In this document: positions 56,978-64,000 of the stretch, in pieces
Layout: each line of letters begins with the position of its first letter
Numbering within the stretch: the first letter of the stretch is position 1
Source: the human T2T-CHM13v2.0 reference genome, Homo sapiens
DNA: 64,000 nucleotides
Assembly (NCBI RefSeq): GCF_009914755.1
Contig: NC_060926.1
Reading direction: 5' to 3' (one strand)
Notes under the pieces: generated by a model
Seen by the model: the letters and a program-made list of their open reading frames with translations, nothing else
Told to the model about the DNA's origin: nothing
The model's database searches: none
Position numbers and translations under genes: made by a program

Positions 56978-57470
56978 GCCATGATTCTTAACTTTTGGTG
57001 CACACCCAGAATCCCTGCAGAGCTTTCTAAACATACATATGCTCATGGCCCACTCCAAGACGAGTAAAATCAGAATAGCTCAAGATGAGACTCGGGCCGG
57101 GTGCGGTGGCTCATGCCTGTAATCCCAGCACTTTGGGAGGCTGAGGTGGGTGGATCACAAGGTCAGGAGTTTGAGACCAGCCTGGCCAAGATGGTAAAAC
57201 CCTGTCTCTACTAAAAATACAAAAATTAGCCAGGTGTGGTGGTGGGGGCCTGTAATCCCAGCTACTCAGGAGGCTGAGGCAGGAAAATCACTTAAACCCA
57301 GGAGACGGAGGCTGGCAGTGAGCTGAGATCACGCCACTACACTCCAGCCTGGGTGACAAGAGCAAGACTCCATCTCAAAAAAAAAAAAAAAAAAAAAAGA
57401 TGAGACTCAATTGTATGAAGTTTGTAAAATGTGTAGTTCTCACTTGTATTACTAAAGCTTGAGACCTACT
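56978..57470. mobile_element. MER5B-like MITE split by an Alu
   Basis: atgattcttaacttttggtgcacacccagaatccctgcagagcttt...aatcagaat; remainder ...aagcttgagacctact after the Alu. Confidence 0.65.
57095..57398 (+). mobile_element. AluSg-like, full length
   Basis: ggccgggtgcggtggctc...ggatcacaaggtcaggagtt...poly(A); TSD aagatgagactc(g/a). Confidence 0.97.
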
Positions 57471-58994
57471 ATGTTAATCGCTGAAGGTCCAGTTCCTCTT
57501 AAGAGGACTAGCATTTTAGTAGTTGCTTCAATATTACTACTTAAAGTGGGGAGGAATATGGTAAATCCAGGTATACTCAATGGGACTGGTACTTTGGGAT
57601 CTATCTTGGAGAACACAAGTGGTTACTCTGAGAAGGAGGGGTTTAAGTGAAATCTGTAACCCTGGCTCTCTTCCTGCCCACTCTCCCATGACCCTGAGCA
57701 GCCTGAGAGGAGAGTGTCCCTTAGACAGACAGCCTGGGAGGCAGGGGGTTAGGCACTATCAGCACCTGCTCTGCTTGTTGATCTAATTTAAACCCACGAC
57801 AACCCCGTGAGTGGCACAATTACTACCATTTGACAAAGATGAGGCTTGTAGAGATTCTGAGACTTGTCCAAGCTCATATTGTGTGTGAAGAATTTCCTCC
57901 AAGAATACTTAGAGCTCAAGTCTCCTGCCCACTGTGTGCTCAGAGAACTTCGAGCTACGTGATTGCTCCTGTAACAAGGTGTCTGAGAAATATCCCCCTG
58001 ACAAGCCTGGGTGTGAGTTTTAAGGCTTTTAAAAATTACCTTTAGAGCCTTTGAATGGCTCTCTCTTTTTAGTGTAAATCACCTAGACATTAAAGGCCTT
58101 ATTGTATATTTATTAGTGTGTTATTCAGACCATGGGGGAAAAGAGAGAAGCTGACTCTATGAATGACTTTGAAAGTGAGAAAAAGCTGGGCCTGAAATCA
58201 TTGTGACACTGCCACTTGAGGGCATCAGTTTCAATAAATGATCACCTTTTTTATTTCTGATCTCATTTATCATGCAGGCAAGATTCGAAGAGAACTTTTG
58301 ACCATGGAGGCTGAATGCCACAGGCTCTGATTTCCTCAGCTGTCAAGACTTGCCACATTGCACTGGGCTGACTGAAGTTCAACCCAGAGCAGCCTGGGAA
58401 AAGCAATCAGGTCCCTTTTCAGAAGCAAATACCTGGTGGCATCTTTCCACAGGTGCCCTGCCCTGAGACCATCTCTCGCTTGGCCTGTCTACTGACAGGA
58501 ACAGCCAGGGTTCTGTGCATTAGTGGTGAAGGTATCAGTGGGCCAGTAGGGAGGTTCCTCTTTGTCCAGGGAGCAGGAGTCTGGGGTGGGGAGAATTACT
58601 TCCTGCTGCCCTAGTCCTGGATGGCATCTGAGGATAGGTTGCTGGCACTGCCAGGACAGAAGAGGGGAGCAGAGGGCAACCAGAGCTTCCACTTTAGAAG
58701 GTAAGAAGCTACGGCTGGGCAATACTGTGGTTGTCCATAACCATGCTGCAAATTAGCGGTGGAATCAGGATTGAAACCATACCTCCTCATGGCCACAAAT
58801 CAATATCTTTTTGAGTTAAATTACCTTGGCACATTTCCTATTAGGATTGCTACTGGTTTTAAAGCTGGGATCTTTGGTCAGAACTGACTGCCTTAAGTAA
58901 GCGCGGCAGCTGTGTGGGTACCCAGCATGAATGCAAATTTTTCTTCACTTGGGGAGGGTGGCTGCAGATTTTAATCTAAGGGCAGTGAGTTTGA

Positions 58995-59410
<416 letters not shown>

Positions 59411-62400
59411 TGACCTTCATCACGTCACATTACATCACATCACCCGCCTGGGCTTCATGTTCCCCATCAGGAAACCAACATGGAAAGGGGAGGAGGTTAG
59501 ACTCCCGTATCTTCCGGGTCTAGGGGTTGAGGTCCTGCAGAAAGACAAGGCTTTGTGCTGAGAATTTCAATTCACCACCACCCTCTGGACTGAGGCTTAT
59601 TTGTGCTTTAAAATGCCCTGACAGCTTATCTTGGCTCAAGCCTGAGTTTCCTCAACGACTTCCGGTTTAAAATATCTTTTCAAGTATTAGTAATCCAAAT
59701 GATTGGCAACTTCTATCCCCTTGAGGCCCAATTCTTCCCTCCACACACTGTGTAGTTCTGGTCATACATAATAAAGTCCCCAGATACCCGCTGCTGTGGG
59801 AAAAAGTCATGTGCTTCGAAAGGAAACAAGACTCGAGGTGGCCTTCTGGGTAGGAGCCCTGGAGAGTGTCTCCTATAGCCCTACACGCCACCCACCATCA
59901 AGCTTGCGTTCTTGCATCCGGGAGAGGACCAATTTTACACAGACAATTGCTGCTGGATTGATCTTCTGAGACACATCAGAATGGCAGTGTGGTGCAGTGG
60001 GTGGCTCCCTAGCCGGCTGCTTCTGCTGGATCTGCCACTAGCGATCTTAGCTCAGCCTCTTAATAATACGAGCCTCAATTTTAAAACATTCACATAAGCA
60101 TGTGCTGTTGCTATTCTGCTTGTGTCTTCCTTACTGGACTAGATGTTCCTTGAAAGCTGTGACCTTGTTGTCTTTGGCTGTGTCATCTTTGGCACCTGCC
60201 ACACAAGAGGCACTCAATCCATGATGGTGAGATGAATGTTTGAACCCAAAAGGACCTAGCACTTATTAGTGCCAATGATAGCCAGGCACTGTGCGAGCCA
60301 TTTTCCATATGCCATTTCACAGCTCACCATTTTACATAAGTATTATCATATTCATTCAGTTCATGGGGACTTTATGGCCACTAATTTCTAGCTAAGATGT
60401 CCTATGCCTATGTGACTCTGTGATCAGCCGGGCCTAGGCTGTTTGGTAGCCCCTATTTCTCTGCTTCCTTGCTTCTCTGGTCATTCTGGCCATGCAGATG
60501 AGCAGGCTGGGCACTCATCTCTCTGTCCCCTGCGAGACTCCAGCCAAAGCCCGGCAGCCTTGGCCAACGTGGCCACTCATGCTCTGTGATTCATTAGACC
60601 TCATATACTCTGCTGCTTTCCAGGCAACCAGGAAGGCAGCAGCTGCTGTGCTTCTCCAACTGCCTTTCCCCTGCCTTCTGCCTCCGGGTGCTTCCAACCA
60701 GTCTGCTGCTCCTGCCCCACCCGTGCACGACAGCCGGCACCACCTGCTCACGACACAGTGGTTTCCGGGGAACTTGGTGGCGTCTGACTTGTCATTCCTC
60801 AGCCCACTCCTCTGAGTCAGGCTCTCCCCAGCCGACTTTATTATTACAACTTCCTCCCTCGTTACTACAAACACGGAATGTTGTTTTCCAAATAGTGGTC
60901 CCCAAACCACCGTCTCCTGTTATGAGAGGAAGCCAGCCCCATTCGTAATCATCACATTCAACATCACCAGGATATCACTGTGTCCCCCTCGCTGCTCTGA
61001 GCACTATGCTAGTGAGGTCATCTCTGACATTAAACAGAGCAAGCTTTCGGCAAGGCAAACTGCTGAGTACTGCAAATCCAAAGATTCTTGAGACTAGCAG
61101 CGACCCCATAATCAGAGAGCAGGCAAATCTCCATCCTTTGTGATCCCAAACTCTGAACAGTGCAAAGCTGGGCAAGTTTTGATTTGCTGGGCAAATGCCC
61201 TGTTCCTTGCAGCTGGCCAAGGCACCCACAAGAGTAGCTCTGCGCTGCAGTGGATGGTCCATTGATTGTCCTTTCTGCTGCCACCTTCTACCCTCACCAC
61301 ACAGATCTCATGGGAGGTGAGGAGGCTGGTCCAGGCATCTTTAAATCTGGAATCACTCCAGCTCATCACTAAACTCTGCCCCAGACAAAGCCATCAAGTC
61401 ACTGAATTTGCCTCAGCTCAGTCCCAATTCCTCTCTCCTGCTCAACTCACACCCTCCAGAGGACAGAGCAGCTCCTCTGGTGATGGAGGCATTGCCTTGG
61501 GAAGAGGATAAGTTGGGTGGCCAGGTGGACGTTGAGGCAGGTGACCATGGCATCATGTGGAGGGAAGGCTGCCCCTGAAGGCACTGACATGGCAAGTCCC
61601 AGGGCTCATTTGTCTTGAAGGATCAAATAATCAAAATAATCACTCTTTTTTTTTTTTTTTTTTTTTGCAAGATTCTTTCATATTTCCCTTTCTCTTTCCC
61701 AACTCCACCCTTTCTCCCTAAGAGGCTTCAGGTCTCCTGGAAAGAGTCCAGTTTGGACCACATCACTTCCTATTTCCTCTCTCTGCCTCAGTTTTCTCCT
61801 CTTTTAAATGAGAATTGACTTCCTATATGAGCATAGAAAGGTAAAGAGGGAAAAACTATTTGCAAGGCCCTATGGCCAGTCATACCCGAGGAGTTATTTT
61901 CCTGACTATGCTACACAGGGAAACAGGCCAGGCCACACAAGAAGTGCTGAAACCCCTCTGGCACCTTTTCTCACACTCATGGGTATTCTCAGACTCCAAC
62001 TCCACCTCTCCCAGCCACATCAGTGAATCCTCCCACCCGCCACCAGCACCACAATGGACTGATGCCTGAGGGCTCAGAAGCCTCAAGCAGCACTCCCTGG
62101 TCTCTGCCAGTCCTGGTAGGGAAGGAAGGAATGTTGAGAGTGATAAGTCAGAATATGCAGCTCTCAGAATATGAGGCTGGGCAAATACCTATAGGATGGC
62201 ACATAGCCCTGCCCTCAGATAAGAAGTCTTCCCATCCAGGCTTCTTACTGGAAAGAGAAGCCGTGCTGGAGGGAGGCTTGGTGCCAGAAGATAGCTGGTC
62301 CCAAACAAGGGGCAGCCCAGACACCTGCTATGCCACACTGATATCTGGTGAATAGAGCAAGAGTCCTTGGTAGCTGGGACCTTCTCAGCCAGCCCAGAGA

Positions 62401-63495
62401 GGCATTTCAGAGGCAAGAAGATGGATATGAGTTTAGGAATGGGGAGAGCATTCTTTTTGATGTCAAGATTTCATTCCTGATGAGACTGCAGCAGCTTGTA
62501 GTCCTTCTAAGTGCAACTAAATACAGATGGGTTAATGGCTGGGAGTGGGGAGAAGACTTTCAAGAAATTACGAAGGAGGCCATTCAGCCTTATTGCCAAA
62601 GCAACAGGCAGGATCTCTCCCCTGCACACCATGGGGATGGACAATGGGTAACAGTTATCGTTCAGGTGGGACCCTTCTGAAAAGGTATTCTCTTAGAAGG
62701 AAGCCAAGTCTAAGCATAGCTAGACAGTTGGGCTTTTTCTCCTGTAAACAAGTCACAAAGAAGGATCCTTGTTGCTAAAGTAATCAGATCTGGGGTCCCT
62801 CAACGCTGAGGTCATAGGATGGTATTTATACTTATGGAATGGAAAAACAAAAGCCAGGCACAGAAGTGCCCTAGTTTAAGTTTGCTTTCCAATGTCACTA
62901 CCGCAGAGGCCTGATGGATCACTGAGTAAGCAAGTATCTCCAGAAAGCTTAGAGGATTCCACTGTCATATGTCTTGGTGGTTGTAGCACAAAGCTCTGTT
63001 CCAATCTCTACTGAATTACATTGGCGTAGTATCCATGACTAATCCTGCTCTGGGGTACCAAACTCCCATAGAACCCGCTTGGATGGCCAAAGTACTTTGT
63101 CCTTTCCCTTCCTGCCCAACTTCTGCTGGTAAAACCCAGTTTCTACCATATTAAATTACTTTCATTCTGGCCTTTTAACATTTCTTTGACTGTTTTCTTC
63201 TTGGCTGTATCTGAACTTTGGGAAATGAACATCTTTAACACCCACTCATGAAATCCCCACTCTGGCAGCTGGTCCTCTGGCTTCTGGAAGGGCCACTAGC
63301 CAGGGAAGTCAGAGGGACCCACAAATCAGTACCCAAGACACTACCTAAGGGATATTAGTAGTAATTGCTCAACCTGGACCTACCGATTAAAGGACAATCA
63401 TGAGTTTGTAAGTAGATGTCACAGACTCTGGAAATGTGTAACCAAAAGCCAAATCACCTGGTATAAAATCAATTTTGGACATGGAGAAGTACTTA

Positions 63496-63735
<240 letters not shown>

Positions 63736-63884
63736 TCAGGTAAGACCAGCAGTAGCTCTGTGGCAAGACTTAGAGACAAATGGCATCAAAATCAGAGATA
63801 CTGGAGGCCATTATCTCCTTCTCTGCATGCACCCAGCCTTCTTCCTCCATTCTTAGATTTTCTTTGTAAATAGTATAGCCTGAT

Positions 63885-64000
63885 GCAGGTGGACAGTGGC
63901 TGGAGACATAGGCCTTATAATCAGGCAGACCAAGGTTCGAACCTTAGCTCCCCTACTTCCTACTTCTGTGTCCTAGAGCCTTCGATTTTTCATCTGCAAA
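63885..64000 (+). mobile_element. MIR fragment running off the window end
   Basis: aggcagaccaaggttcgaaccttagctc...ttttcatctgcaaa. Confidence 0.65.

Overview
This is non-coding anthropoid primate DNA, very likely hominoid or human (AluJ/S/Y, young L1PA, THE1/MSTA, MADE1 and MER85 are all present). I cannot name the locus. I found no credible host protein-coding gene, RNA gene or CpG island. The only real protein homology is a broken L1 ORF2 fragment (43.8-46.0 kb); the other ORFs are chance or repeat-derived. The window is a mosaic of ancient repeats (MIR, L2, L3/CR1, L1M, hAT MITEs, MaLR/ERVL LTRs) and primate repeats, separated by AT-rich, homeodomain-motif-rich islands with no recognisable repeats that resemble developmental enhancers in a gene desert or large intron. 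I do not see an undescribed biological system. The best leads are: (1) a 2.2-kb internal young-L1 fragment with no poly(A) or classical TSD that bridges two unrelated old repeats; (2) an L1 with a 17-nt 3' micro-transduction; (3) a MER85 retaining the CSB-PGBD3 palindrome; (4) a close pair of MADE1 hairpins (SETMAR/miR-548-type); (5) two unique islands sharing a shuffled set of exact motifs. Repeat family calls come from recalled consensus sequences, and boundaries of ancient repeats are approximate (tens of bp).
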